Below are positions 22,622-34,589 of a stretch of DNA of 64,000 nt, in pieces. The stretch lies in assembly GCF_011745625.1 (NCBI RefSeq), contig NW_027191464.1, forward strand, positions 1-64,000, given 5' to 3'. Source of the stretch: Cladosporium halotolerans (lineage: Eukaryota). The position numbers and the translations under genes are program-made. Within the stretch, counting starts at the first letter, position 1. Each line of letters begins with the position of its first letter. The notes under the pieces are model-generated. The model made no database searches, was not told the DNA's origin, and saw only the letters and a list, made by a program, of their open reading frames with translations.

Positions 22622-25600
22622 ATGACTCCGTCCTGGCTGCCGCTCGTTGTTTTGATCTATGCGGGCCTATTTGGCCTGGCGCATGGACAGAATGAGACCG
22701 ACACCGGACAGCTACTCGAATCGAGCGACAACAATGCCGACAACGAGGATGGACTGAATGGCGCCACAGGGAGCGGTGAAGCTGAAGATATTGCTTCCAG
22801 TGTCGTCCCAGCCGACTGCCACTGCGGCTTCCTCGACCCAGTGACCGGCCGCTCATATACGGACTCGCTAATTGTGTATTTCAACGAAACCGGAGAGCTT
22901 GGCGACGCCTTCAATGTCTCGAGCTATGAGCACCCGTACGAGAAAGGTTGGGGCATCTACTTCCGCGAAGGTGCTCTTGAATCGAATGTTTACTACGAGA
23001 ACGGCTCGACTTGGAATCTGTCCCCGGGATGGCTCAACCTCAACGTGTCCGCAAGAACATCAGACCACCTGGTGAGCGGCGCAGAAATCGAGACGAAGCG
23101 ACAGGATATGCTGTATGGTACTTTCCGGACATTCCTGCGCTCAGCGGCACCTTATGCGGGCGGCGGCAGTGCGCTCTCGATGAGGCTGCTGCATAACGAT
23201 AGTATCTCGGCGGAGCTAGATCTTCTCAGCATGGACGACTCCGGCAACACGGCCAAGTTTGCTGCCACTACGAATGGGCAAATTCCTTTGTCCGAAAACA
23301 CTGTGAACTACACGACTCTGCAAGGTCCAGATTACAACCAGAGCCCTTGGGACTTCTGGGAGTATCGCATGGATTGGAATGAGGAGAACATCGAGTGGTT
23401 TTCTGGAGTCAACAAAACTCGGGCTATGCCGGCAGCCAACTGGACTGTGCCTGTCAGTTTCTCGCTCAAGCATTGGTCGTTGGGATTGCCAAATTGGATG
23501 CAAGGGCCTCCTCTCAACGACAGCGGTGCCGCAGTTGGTTGGATGAGGCTATTCTTCAACTCCTCTGTGAGTTCTTCGGACGAGCGGCCTCTCAATTGTT
23601 CGACAGAGCACTACTGCTCTACAGAGGACGAAACCCTGAGGGTCAGTACTCCATTCACGGCAGCTATGGAAGTGAAACCTGGGGATCTCCTTGAAATCGA
23701 TGAAGATGTGGAGAGCCGAAGCACTGTCGCTATCGCTTTGGCGATTGCGAGCGTAGTGGTCACTTCTGCCTTGATTATACTTGGTCTGTCGAAGAAAGCC
23801 ATCTCAAAGAAGCCGGCCGCAAGACCGCCTCTTAAGTCACACCAATCTGACGTCGAGCTCGGCCAAGTACAGACAACTGGGTATCAATCCCGCGGACCAT
23901 TCAAACGCTCCAGCAACGACATGCGACGACCGATGCCGGACAAGCATCAATCGATGATCAGCCAGAATCCCCTGCTTGAACAGACCGACTCGCAAGCTGG
24001 AAGCTCTGTCCACCTTGGTGGGTTTGCAACGCCTTTCGAATCTAGAGATACTCTCCAGTACAGCATGCACGACCGGCGAGATTCTGTAAAAAGCCCATTC
24101 GGCCCGGTGGATTCCATCACGCCTACTTCTAGCGACCGCGTGTATTCTTCTCAAGCGGGTTGGGAGGAAGAACAGCATCATTTACGCCACCGCGTTCTTC
24201 CTGCCAGCGAGGGCCTTGATACAGGGAGTTCCCGAGCTCTTCCCAACGACTCGAAAGTCGAATCGGTCGTAGCAACAGGCAGCGCACTCCCAGCTGAGAA
24301 TAATGCTGGCCTTGCTGGTGCAGTACCTGGTGCAAATGAGGCTTTAAAGCTATCCGACCCTATGGCAGCGTCTGCGAAGCCAGTGGCTGCGGGTCAGATA
24401 CCGCAACAGCGTACCCGAGTTGATTACTTGGCCGGACTGGTTGCTCTTTGCTCCCTTCTGGTGGCAAGTACTCACTTTGTACTCACCTATGCTCCCTCCA
24501 CCGTCATGGAATATATTGATCAACATTACACGAGTGAGTACTGGGCTCGACGCACGATCGAACCTTTTTTCTTCAACAACATTTGGACCGGCCTGTTCTT
24601 CACCACCTCGACTCGGTTTCTGACCACAGGATATCTACGCAAGGGCGACCTCAAATTCATTGCCGAAAAAACAGTGTGCCGGACACCTAGATTCATGATC
24701 CCCATTGTCTCCGTCATCTTACTAGAATACTTTCTGATGGATGTGGGTGCTGTGACCTATTTGGAGTATCTCCCCAGCATTACCTGGTCACCCTGGCCTA
24801 TGACTTCAGTTTACCCCAATTTTGGATGGTTCATCAATGAGACATTACAGCTTATTTACTTGATCCCAAACGCGGCACCGCAGTTGACATGGAATTACTG
24901 CACAGGTAAGGAAAGAATCATGTGACTACAGAACACCCGCTGACATCCCCATAGGAGTTCTATGGACGATTCCAGTACAGCTGCAAAACAGCTGGCTCGT
25001 ACTCCTTGGGGTCGTTGTCATCATGGAAATCAAGACTCCCTGGAAACGCTTCAGCTATTATGCTTTCTGCATCGTCAACCACTGGTATGCACTATCCTGG
25101 GGATCATATTTCTGGTGTGGTCTCCTTCTAGCCGACCTCGACATCACCTTCAAGTACCGCAAGTACATCCAGTCTCGCGCCTACGTCCTCTACCCACTCA
25201 TCATCCTCGCCTGCATCATGGTATTCTGCTCACTAGGAAATGACCTTCTTTCTGTCTGGACAGGCTACTCCTTCTCCACCAACGAAAAAGGCATCCACCC
25301 CGAGATTACGACTGGCCTCCGAATCCGAGTAACTCCATCCCATGGATACCCAGAATACACCCAGCCCAAACTCAACGGCCTGGTGGGCTGCGTGGGCGCG
25401 CAATTCATCGTCGAGATATCTGTCTGGGCGCAGAAGTTCCTGACCACCAAGCCTTTCTTGTTTCTATTCCCGCACGTCTTTACGATCTATCTGATTCACG
25501 GCCTCGTCTTCTGGTCCATCGGCAGCCTGGCCTGCGTTTACTTCGCTTCAATTGGCCTCGAGTACTGGGTCAACATCTTACTGGTGGCGTTGATCAGCTT

Positions 25601-25802
25601 CTCCACTTTGTTCCTTATCTTGCCTGTTGTGACGCCTGTTATGGAGATGCTGGGCAAAGAGATGACAAGGAATATCTGGCTTTCGGCGAGCGAGGAGCCG
25701 GTGGCGTGGAAGCCGACTAGCTGGCCGCTTGAGAAGGAAGAGGTGGAAGCGGGGTTCAGCGATTCGACTTCGCCGAGGAGGAATGTCAATTTGGAATCAT
25801 AA
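22622..25802 (+). CDS. GH16-like (ConA/beta-jelly-roll) ectodomain fused to an acyltransferase-3 membrane domain; join(22622..24905,24955..25802), 1043 aa
   Basis: Signal peptide; GH16-like domain (CHCGF, VSGAEIETKRQDMLYGTFR, FWEYRMDW, LKHWSLG...WMQGPP); one TM helix; disordered linker; AT3 domain (RVDYLAGL...HF, FFTTSTRF, CRTPR, LWTIPVQLQNSW, FTIYLIHG). The 49-nt intron GTAAGG...GCTGAC...TAG joins the two ORFs in phase. Confidence 0.8.
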
Positions 25803-26305
25803 TAGTAATAGTAATCAGCAAGCACAGGCGGCTACATCTTGTCGGATCCTTGCGAACGAATGCATGCATGACGCCAAATCACGGCTGATATCGATCGTAC
25901 AACCGTTCATCGCGCTCCCCAGCGACAGTGCAATTGGTAGTCAAAGCTGCCTTCACCGGTCAATCGCAGAATATTGCCAAGAGCCAGAAGCCTTCTTTCC
26001 GCGATGCTTGAGTCGAGAGCGGAGACGTTGGTCGCCGAGGATGAAGCGTAGGATTCGAACTTCGGATGTCGGCACTGCGATGAACAACATGATTCGACGA
26101 TGACTTGACGCTGGGCTGAGAGATCGTGGCGGAGCTGCACCCAACCCCGGTTTCTGAACGATCAAAAACGGCCGTTCTACTGCTAGAAGGGAGGCTTGGG
26201 CTGTGCTGAGGTGAGTGACTACGTCAAATTCAGAGACAGCAGGGCTCTTGGACTTGCACCTTACATCCTACTCTCTATCAGAGACATAATCATATCATCA
26301 CAACC

Positions 26306-27705
26306 ATGTCGGCACAATCACATACAGGGCAGCCGGCCCATCCTGACCCAGAGAAGGCTGGAACGACAGACTTGATCGAACACGCCCCGTCGAATGAGAC
26401 TCCCAAAGACACCAAACCGTGGATTGCCCTCGATACCGCTGATTTTTGGCAACTGTCTACCTTCGACAAGCTTGGGGCGGTCTTCCAAGTGTCGACGGTC
26501 GTCCTATGCATCCTCCTCTGTCCCACAGGCCTCGTGGACTCTTTCAGATCCGACTTCACCAACTGCGACGACAAGTCGCCGTTCCCGCAAGCTGTGTTGT
26601 CTGCAATCTTGGCCCTTTGTCTTTGTAGCTTGGCCGGAGGGTTGTCATCCGCCATTGGCACCGCTCGCATTGTAATCACAGAGTCGAATGGTTTGACGCC
26701 GGATGCGAGGGAGAGGAGAAGAGTGCGGGCGCCTCGCTACCTGCTTGCTGCTGTCGTGCCTGGCCAGTTCCTGGCCGCTTTGATGCTTGGTCAGACTGCG
26801 TATCGGACGGCACAGGCGTATCTAAGCTGGAGCCCAGTGCCTGTCCTCGCTATTGTAGCTTTGTAAGTCACTGATACTCGGAGAGAGCCTGAGGGAGGAA
26901 CAAGCTGACTTCAAATAGTTCTGCTTGCATGGCATCCGGTCTCTGGAATGCCATCTTGGCTCTCTTAATCCATCGCACGACTTGGAGCCCGGTGGACCTC
27001 AAGGTCTCCGAAGGTATGACAGCCTGCGACATCGCACTTCCCCAACCACATCGCTGACATTGCATCCCCCAGAGAAATCCAATAACGAAACCGCCGAAGA
27101 ATCTTCCAACGATCAAAGCTGGCTCTTCGACACCACCCTCCAATCCTTCCTCTCCCTCCCCGCCCTCGACCGCGCCGCAATCCTAGCCAACCCTCTCGCC
27201 CTCGCCTCAGGCCTCGCTGTAATTCTCACCACCAGCGCCCTCCTCTGGACCGAGCCCTGCGGCACCAAAGAGCGCAAAGCGCTCATGGAGGCGTCTGAGA
27301 CGGCTACTCAGGTCGTCTGCGCCACGTTGTCCATGCACATGACGATCGTGCCGGTGCTGCAGTTCCGCGCTGGCCAGCCTTTCAAGGGCGAGAAGCCGAA
27401 GCGCTGGGCGGTCGGGTTCCCGGCTGTGTTCTTCTGTATTCATGGTGGGCTGCTCGTGGCGTTGGCTTACACGATGCGGACTTCTACCTATGGTCTACAG
27501 CTCGTGCGAGCACAGGAGTGCGTTGCTGCGTGAGTAGTGCCTGTTTGATTTAACCGTTCGTGGACTGGTTGCTGATCTTTTCCCTAGGGTCATGTATTTC
27601 ACGTGCGGAGTGTGCAGCTTCAAGCTCATGCTCAACACGAACTTCAACGAGCCTTTGCCGCAAGAAGAGACTGTTGAGGCCGATGCCGGCACTCGCAATG
27701 AGTGA
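26306..27705 (+). CDS. Hypothetical multi-pass membrane protein with weak TPT/nucleotide-sugar-transporter resemblance; join(26306..26862,26919..27013,27073..27529,27588..27705), 408 aa
   Basis: Four exons join in phase through GTAAGT, GTATGA and GTGAGT introns, each with a GCTGAC/GCTGAT branch site. About 8-9 hydrophobic segments. The family assignment is tentative. Confidence 0.6.
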
Positions 27706-28234
27706 GCTCACTTACTCAGGGTAGCGTTTCGGATCATCAAATCGGTCAAGACGTTGCTGCAGTGGCATCTTTGACTGCCGATTCAACCTGAATCTTATCA
27801 AGGATAGCACAAGGGTTAGCTGACTTTATACCGACGACTCACCCACTGGACCAAGACAGACATAGTCTCTCACAATTTTATCTTGTGGCTGAACTCATCC
27901 ACCAGTGCCTTTTTTCCTCCCATGAAGTCGAACTTCGTAACACCGCAACATCATTCAACACCCTGATGATGATGGGTCACCAGCCTCGAGTGCAGAAAAC
28001 AATCAGAAGAAGCTTTTCCATTCCTTATTTGAGCAGAGACGCACCACGCCGTTCTTTCATGCCGTTGTCGGCTCCCGTCTGCCTATGCCTGTGATGTGAC
28101 CGTTCCAAACGCCTCGCTGAACCAGAGAACCCAATGTGCACCCGATTACACCATTCCTGCAGTTACATCACCATCATTCGCCTTTCCAATCATTTCAAAA
28201 TGAGGCACTCGTGGTAGGGCATCAGACCACCCTA

Positions 28235-29788
28235 CTAGAGAAAGTCCTCAGCTCTCTTCCTCGCGCGGCCCTTGATGCGGCCATCGAACAACTCCTTCCC
28301 ACCGTTCGGAGCGGCAGCACCAGGAGCACGATGCGGAAACAGTTCCTTAGCCAGTTTCGCGCCGCGCTCTCTGTTGGTGCTCGCGCCGAGGATGGAGAAA
28401 CCAGGCTCTGCGTTGCCGGCACCCTTGAAGCTAAATCCCTGGTCTTGATCGTTGCTGCGCAGACGGCCGTTATTGTTCGGCCCGCCGGAGACGCGCGAGA
28501 ATAGGTCGCGGCCGCCTTTCGGGGCGTCGTTCGAGTTGCGCCCTGCGCGGCCGGGTCCTGGATTATAGTAAGTAGCTGCGTCGTGTGTGGCGCCGTCTAA
28601 GCTGTACTGACCAATTGCCGTGGCGACTTCGTCCAGGCCGATATCGCGCGCTTCTTGGCGGCGGTGCTGGGCCTTGTCTGGGAAGAGCTCTTTGCTGCCG
28701 TTCGTGGTGCGGTCGGGGAAGAGGTCGGCGGTGTTGCCGTTCGTGGGCTTTCTGGGCTGGGGCGCCTGGCCATTCGATTTGAGGGCGGAGGTCGTGCCGC
28801 GGTCAGGGAAGAGCTCGTTGGAGCGCGCGAGGCGGGCTTCTTGGTTTTCGCGTGAGCGGCGGAGGCGAGGCGGCGTGGCGGAGCGTTGGCGGGCGGTGCG
28901 GCGGTAGGGCTGCTCTTCGGAGAAGCCGTAGCGGCCGTCGCCGTCGCGGTCGGGCGAGGCGCTCCTGTATCTGTTGCGATCACTGCGGAGTCTGCCATTG
29001 TCCCTACCTGCGAATAGATCCCCGCCGCGATCAGCTCTTCTGCGACCACTATAGCTGTCGGCCGACGAAACACTAATCCGTCGAGCAGACGCTTCCGGCG
29101 CAGGAGCATCGTCGTAAAAGTCCACGTTGAACGGGGTTCCTTGTTGCGAGTTGCGTCTGTGCATAATCTCGTCCGCCGATTCACGCCTGTTCCTCTTGTA
29201 CCGAGGCCCGTGGTCTCTGACATTCTTTCTCTTCTTCGGTCTGGAGTCTGGGTCGTGCTCCGGATTCATCAAGTAGAATCTGCTCCTGTCCTTCGCACCC
29301 GGAGCCTTCACATCCGCCTCAATGGCCATGCGCGCCTGCAATTGTACCCCACCCAGCGCTTCCAATGGCTTCACCGCACGCAGCCTGACCGGCTCACTCT
29401 CGTCTTCCGCCGAAAGCGCCGCAAGCGCATCCGCCGCAGCCTCCTCCGTGTCAAAGATGAGGTTTGCGCTCGTGTCATCAATCCACTGCAGGCGCCTGTA
29501 CAGCTCCGTATTGCAAGCCTCGCGCATGCCATCCTCGATCTTCCTCGTAGTCAAGTCGTCCAAACCGCGCAAGTGAACCTTGAAAGGCACAATAGCGTTC
29601 GGATCGACTTCTCCCTCCTCGGGTGCCTGCTCGATGCCATTCATGGCCTCGTCGGCAGCGGCGGCTTCTTGCGCCTGCTGCTGTGCGCGCGCGTTGATCG
29701 CATCGGCTTCGGCCTGCATGCGCGCGACCTCGGGGTCGAACTCCATGTCGATATTCATATCGATGTCCATGTCTGCGTCGGTAGCCAT
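28235..29788 (-). CDS. NCBP3: Nuclear cap-binding protein subunit 3 (DUF2414-type RRM-like domain), 517 aa
   Basis: KVHLRGLDDLTT, LQWIDDTSANLIF and K..GA.DRSRFYLMNP, followed by an Arg-rich tail with repeated (D/E)LF(P) motifs, ending KRAEDFL. Confidence 0.82.
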   Translation of the reverse strand: MATDADMDIDMNIDMEFDPEVARMQAEADAINARAQQQAQEAAAADEAMNGIEQAPEEGEVDPNAIVPFKVHLRGLDDLTTRKIEDGMREACNTELYRRLQWIDDTSANLIFDTEEAAADALAALSAEDESEPVRLRAVKPLEALGGVQLQARMAIEADVKAPGAKDRSRFYLMNPEHDPDSRPKKRKNVRDHGPRYKRNRRESADEIMHRRNSQQGTPFNVDFYDDAPAPEASARRISVSSADSYSGRRRADRGGDLFAGRDNGRLRSDRNRYRSASPDRDGDGRYGFSEEQPYRRTARQRSATPPRLRRSRENQEARLARSNELFPDRGTTSALKSNGQAPQPRKPTNGNTADLFPDRTTNGSKELFPDKAQHRRQEARDIGLDEVATAIGQYSLDGATHDAATYYNPGPGRAGRNSNDAPKGGRDLFSRVSGGPNNNGRLRSNDQDQGFSFKGAGNAEPGFSILGASTNRERGAKLAKELFPHRAPGAAAPNGGKELFDGRIKGRARKRAEDFL

Positions 29789-30456
29789 CGTGCCGGTGAG
29801 TCCAGGCTGGATATCGCCAGGGAGGTAGAGGGTTGTGGTTCAGAGCGCGGCGGTTCGCGACTCTCAAATCCAATGTGAGGTATTGGCTGTGAGGCATGGT
29901 TAGTTGTGTACTTGTCGAACACATGGTTTAAAACACACGATGATCAGAAGCGAGAGCAGTGGCACAGTGGCATGTGCAAGGTCAAGCAGTTATCACAGCA
30001 ATTGCATGCAGTGAACGAGGTTGACGTTCGCGGCACGACTTCAGTTGTGAGGTGTGGCTCAGTCAATCATCAGTTGTGGAGTGCCCGCGCGCGCGACTTC
30101 GGCTTTGATCCGAGCGAGTGACGCGACGCCAAGTCTTTTTGTTGATCTGTGTACAAGGCAATGTTGTCCTCCTTATTTAAGAGCATGTGAACACTTGATA
30201 GTCTATGTCTACTATTTGAAGCTATCAGGTTTTGTGAGAATAGACCATCGTTGTCACAGTCAGAGACACATGCATGCATGTTTCTGGTTTATCTCTCCCA
30301 ATCTGCGGCTTACCGAATGATGAACATAGAATGTCATTCAGCCCTTGAGGCTCTGGTCTCCCAGCAAATGCTTGCAGCGCTGGGGTATGACAGCGCTGAC
30401 CGTGATAGACATTGAACCTAGCTTCTATGAGCTACCTCTCCTCGTGCCATAAGTGC

Positions 30457-31689
30457 TCAGGTGCCGCTAGCCTCCCTGTAGAAGCTCAAAGACTTGCTCG
30501 CACCAGCGGTGACGAACATTTCATTTCTGTGAAGGCGGGTCAGTACGCAAACCACTTTGAGAACGCTCTTCTGCTCCTAAGACATACCTCGCATTCGCAG
30601 CCTTGTGTAGCCACTTGACAGCCCACAAGCACTTCTCGCTCTCAGTCTGCGTTGCGACACATTCTCTCCTCTCAAACGACCAAATCTTCGCTTTGCCGTC
30701 GTAGGATCTGGTTGGAAGTCAGCCATGAAAACACTCAGATCTCTCTTGTTTGTTTGGGACACTCACCCGCTGAGGAGATACTCTCCGCTGAAGTTCCAGC
30801 TCAAACTCATGATCCAGCTCGCGTGGCCCGTCAGGGTGGTTACCTGTTCTCCCGATGTCGTGTCGTAGATAGCGATGACTTGTGCGTCGCCTGCTGCCGC
30901 GAGGTACTTGTTCGCCGGACTGAAAGCAACAGCGCGGACTGGCTTCACGAGCCCACTGAGGGAATGGGCCATCTTGCCTGTGCTGTTGTTGAAGATGTAA
31001 ACGCTGCCGTTCTGGTGGCCGGAAGCGGTCATCTCGCCGTTGGGAGACTGTGGAGTGCATTAGCAGGTAACATTATTGGGCTTCAGGCCTCAAATGCAGA
31101 CTTACAACATCAACGCAAGTACCAAAGCTGCCCTTCGTCTCAAACTGCGTGATCGTCTGCGCCGCTTTGACCTCGCCATTGATCTGCGTCGTGTCGTAGA
31201 CATTGACGCGTCCATCATGGGTCGTCGCAACCAGGAACTTGCCCTCGGAACTCATAGCCAAAGCCCAGTGCTCGCCCGCTTTCTCGCCTGCAAGCGTATA
31301 CCATCAGCGGCCATTTTCTGCGAACGATTGAGACTTGCATGGCACAAACCCTTGATACAGCCCTTCTCAGCCCACGACGCGTCTTCACCGGCCGCCCAGA
31401 GCTTCACATCGCCCTCGAATCCCACACTCGCGAGCACGCCACCTTCGCTGGCGGCGCAGACATGGTGGCAGCCGAGCGGATGCGCTTTTTCGAGCACTTG
31501 GGCTTCCGGAAAGGGATTTTCTTCTTCTGCGCTGTCGTTGTGTATCGTGGTGCCTGCGCCGGTGCTGTGGACTTTTATAGACGAGGAGCCAGAAGCAGAG
31601 ATGAGTTGTGTGGGCGTGACGGCGAGAGAAAAGATGTCGGTTGGGTGGGCTTGAGGGACCGTATGCGTTTGCAGGTATTGTTTTGACAT
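30457..31689 (-). CDS. SKI8: WD40 protein Ski8/Rec14; join(31689..31350,31287..31106,31047..30767,30707..30588,30526..30457), 330 aa
   Basis: MSKQYL...AHPTDIFSLAVT, AHPLGCHHV, KPVRAVAFSP, LTGHASWIMSLSW, GSYDGKAKIW, FVTAG...SFYREASG. Four introns join in phase. Confidence 0.92.
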
Positions 31690-32058
31690 TTTGACGGGCT
31701 TTGAATTTCCAGAATGTATTCAGGAACAATCTCTCTCCGGGTCGAGTTGCACCTATGCACGAGGTTTGGCGCCGTTGGCGTTTCAATGCTGGATTTGCTG
31801 GTGGTGACGTTTGGAGATGGGGACTTTTGGAGATCGGGATGCCTCAGCGGGGACTTTTGGAAATTCACGTCCAGAACGCGGTGTCACATGGTGGTTCCCA
31901 TTCCAGGGTATAGCTACAGATATCTACAATATTTTTGGTACAGTGATTTGAAATACACGCCCTGCTGCTCTTTCTGAGATGCAGAACAAGATGCCCTTCT
32001 CCAATTAACGCCATCGCTATGCCCAATCAAAACCAGCCTTGCCCTTCGTACCCCCAGC

Positions 32059-32621
32059 CTACTTCTTCTCCGTCTTGTCCTTCATGGTCTGCGCGCTCAT
32101 GGGTTCCTTGCCCTGAGCCTTCAGCTGCTCGTTGATCTCGTCGAGTCGCTGGATCCTTTTCTGCTCGGTTGCTTCCTTGGTCTGGAAGTTGGTACCGAAC
32201 CAGCGCTTGATGCTCTGGACACAGTATGGGCACAGCACGTGAGCACGCTTGAGCTGACCGCAAGCGCTGCACTTATTGAGCGCAGTCACATCCTTAAGAC
32301 CCTTGCCAGCCATTTGCCTGTGTCTCTTTTTCCTGCAGTGGATGTTAGCCGCGGTACTTGGATCTTTCAGATCGCAAGGGAGCGATACATGTGACTTGTC
32401 TTTTTCTTGGGCACAGCCTTCAAGATACCCTCCCATAGCGCATCGAGGATTCCAGGGATCGGGAGCAGAGCGGCAGGAAGGATGGAGCTTCGTAGCTGCG
32501 AAAAGGACGGAATGCGGTTGATGATGGATCCCGAAGGGCGCTGGGGGAGTAGCGATGCGCGGGCAATCGGCAGGAATGCGGCGAGGAGCGAGCGCGAGGG
32601 CGCTGCTGACAGGGCGGCCAT
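32059..32621 (-). CDS. MRPL32: Mitochondrial ribosomal protein L32 (bL32m); join(32621..32389,32332..32059), 168 aa
   Basis: Presequence-like N-terminus, AVPKKKTSHMKKRHRQ formed across the intron, and the zinc motif CSACG..KRAHVLCPYC. Confidence 0.93.
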
Positions 32622-33133
32622 GGCGGGCAATTTGCGTGAGACCCGAGGGTTCGTAGACGGACGAGATGGCAGTGTCGCAATCCCAGATGGATCTCGTTCA
32701 CTTCCGGCCTCGTCGCAAGCTTCCGCATCGCGCCAAGGCCGGCACCTGGCAGAAGGCAGCTTGCCCTGTCGGGGAAGGCGGGCGGGCGGCGGCGGGATGC
32801 CGAGCTAGCGCGCGCTGGCTGCCCCCTTTCCCGCACGCGCTGCAGCCAGCGCCAGTGCGCGAGGAGGGCCTCCAACATCGCGAGCCTGCCTGAACCCTTG
32901 CGAGGAGCTGCTGCTGCTGTCGCTGATAACCAACTGCACTTGCTCCATCTCCACCTCCACCTTCGACACGGACTCCCTCGCTCGCGCCTCGCGCATCACA
33001 TTATTCACCTCGATACCCTCTCCTTCTGCGCCGCCCACGTTCGTTATCCTCCCGCCGTCAGCGACCAGGCCGTGAACGTCGAGCCGAAGCCCCCCAAACA
33101 CCCACGACCACCACACCGCGAACTACCGCCAAC

Positions 33134-34589
33134 ATGTCCCACGTCGGAGCACCCCAGCCGCAGGCGCCTCAAAGCGTCTTCCCCAAGAGCCACGTCGGTT
33201 TCGACAGCATCACCACCCAGATCGAGAAGAAGCTCCTGAAGCGCGGCTTTCAGTTCAACGTTATCTGCGTTGGTAAGTTGCACACATTGCATTGGAGGGT
33301 GGCATGAATGGGAGATGCAAGAGCGCGACACACGCGTAGAGAAGGAAATCCGTCGCATTGGTTTCGGCATTGAAGCGGGGAGATTGGCCGAGGGTCGCTC
33401 AAGCTACAAGAGGCGGTCACCAAACGCTCACGCCTATCCTTGGATGAATTCAGACGAATTGACATGAGGATCATGCTAACCACACTCTCATGCAGGCCAG
33501 ACCGGTCTCGGCAAGTCTACTTTGATCAACACCATCTTCGCCTCCAACCTCGTCAAGTCCAAGGGCCGCCTCTCGCCTACCGAGCCTACCAGACAGACCA
33601 CCGAGATCCAGGCCGTCACCCACGTTATTGAGGAGAACGGCGTCAGACTGCGCCTGAACATTGTTGACACTCCCGGCTATGGCGACCTTGTCAACAACGA
33701 CCGCTGCTGGGACCCCATTGTCAAGTACATCAAGGACCAGCACTCTGCCTACCTCAGGAAGGAATTGACTGCTCAGCGTGAGCGGTAAGCTTTTGCCAGT
33801 CTGCCTGCAAATGCGCCTCACTTTCACTGACCTCCAATCAGCTACATCCAGGATACCCGTATCCACTGCTGCCTTTACTTCATCTCTCCGTCTGGCCACG
33901 GCCTGAAGCCGATCGATATCGTCGTTCTCAAGAAGCTGAGCGAGACCGTCAACGTTGTCCCCGTCATCGCCAAGGCCGACTCTCTCACTCTTGAGGAGCG
34001 TCAGCAATTCAAGGACCGCATCAAGGAGGAGTTCGCTTTCCACAACATCAGGATGTACCCTTACGAGAACGAGGAGAACGACTCTGAGGAGGCTGCTATG
34101 AACGCCCAGATCAAGTCGATCATCCCCTTCGCTGTTGTCGGTTCCGAGCACACCATGAACATTGACGGGTATGTGATTCCGTCAATCGGCAGGCTTTCAG
34201 CAATGCTAACCCTTCAACTAGCCGCAATGTTCCCGCCCGCCAGAACCGCTGGGGCACCATCAACGTCGAGGACGAGAGGCACTGCGAATTTGTCTACCTC
34301 CGTGACTTCCTTACCCGCACCCACCTTCAGGACCTGATCGAGACGACAAGCCAAATCCACTATGAGGGTAAGCAAAAGCTGCAAACGTTAGCCCCACTCC
34401 ACAAGGCGATACTGACAAGCCGTCCTAGGCTTCCGCGCCAAGCAGCTCCTCGCCCTCAAGGAGTCCTCCGCCCAGATGGGCGCCGGCGGCTCCCGACCTA
34501 TCTCCCCGTCCGCCGACCGCGAGCTCTCGCGAGGCAGCGGCATCCCCGGCAGCGCCGGCGGCAACCGCATGACCATGAACGGGTACTAG
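33134..34589 (+). CDS. CDC10: Septin Cdc10/AspD; join(33134..33272,33496..33784,33842..34168,34222..34367,34429..34589), 353 aa
   Basis: HVGFDSITTQIEKKLLKRGFQFN, G1 GQTGLGKSTLINT, G3 DTPGYGD, G4 AKAD and the septin unique element (RWG...HCEF). There is no C-terminal coiled coil, which is typical of Cdc10. Confidence 0.95.

Noticed and set aside
24906..24954. TGA-CTA readthrough-type context ending the unspliced GH16 ORF
   Set aside because: It lies inside a canonical 49-nt intron, and readthrough meets another stop within a few codons. Splicing explains the continuation.
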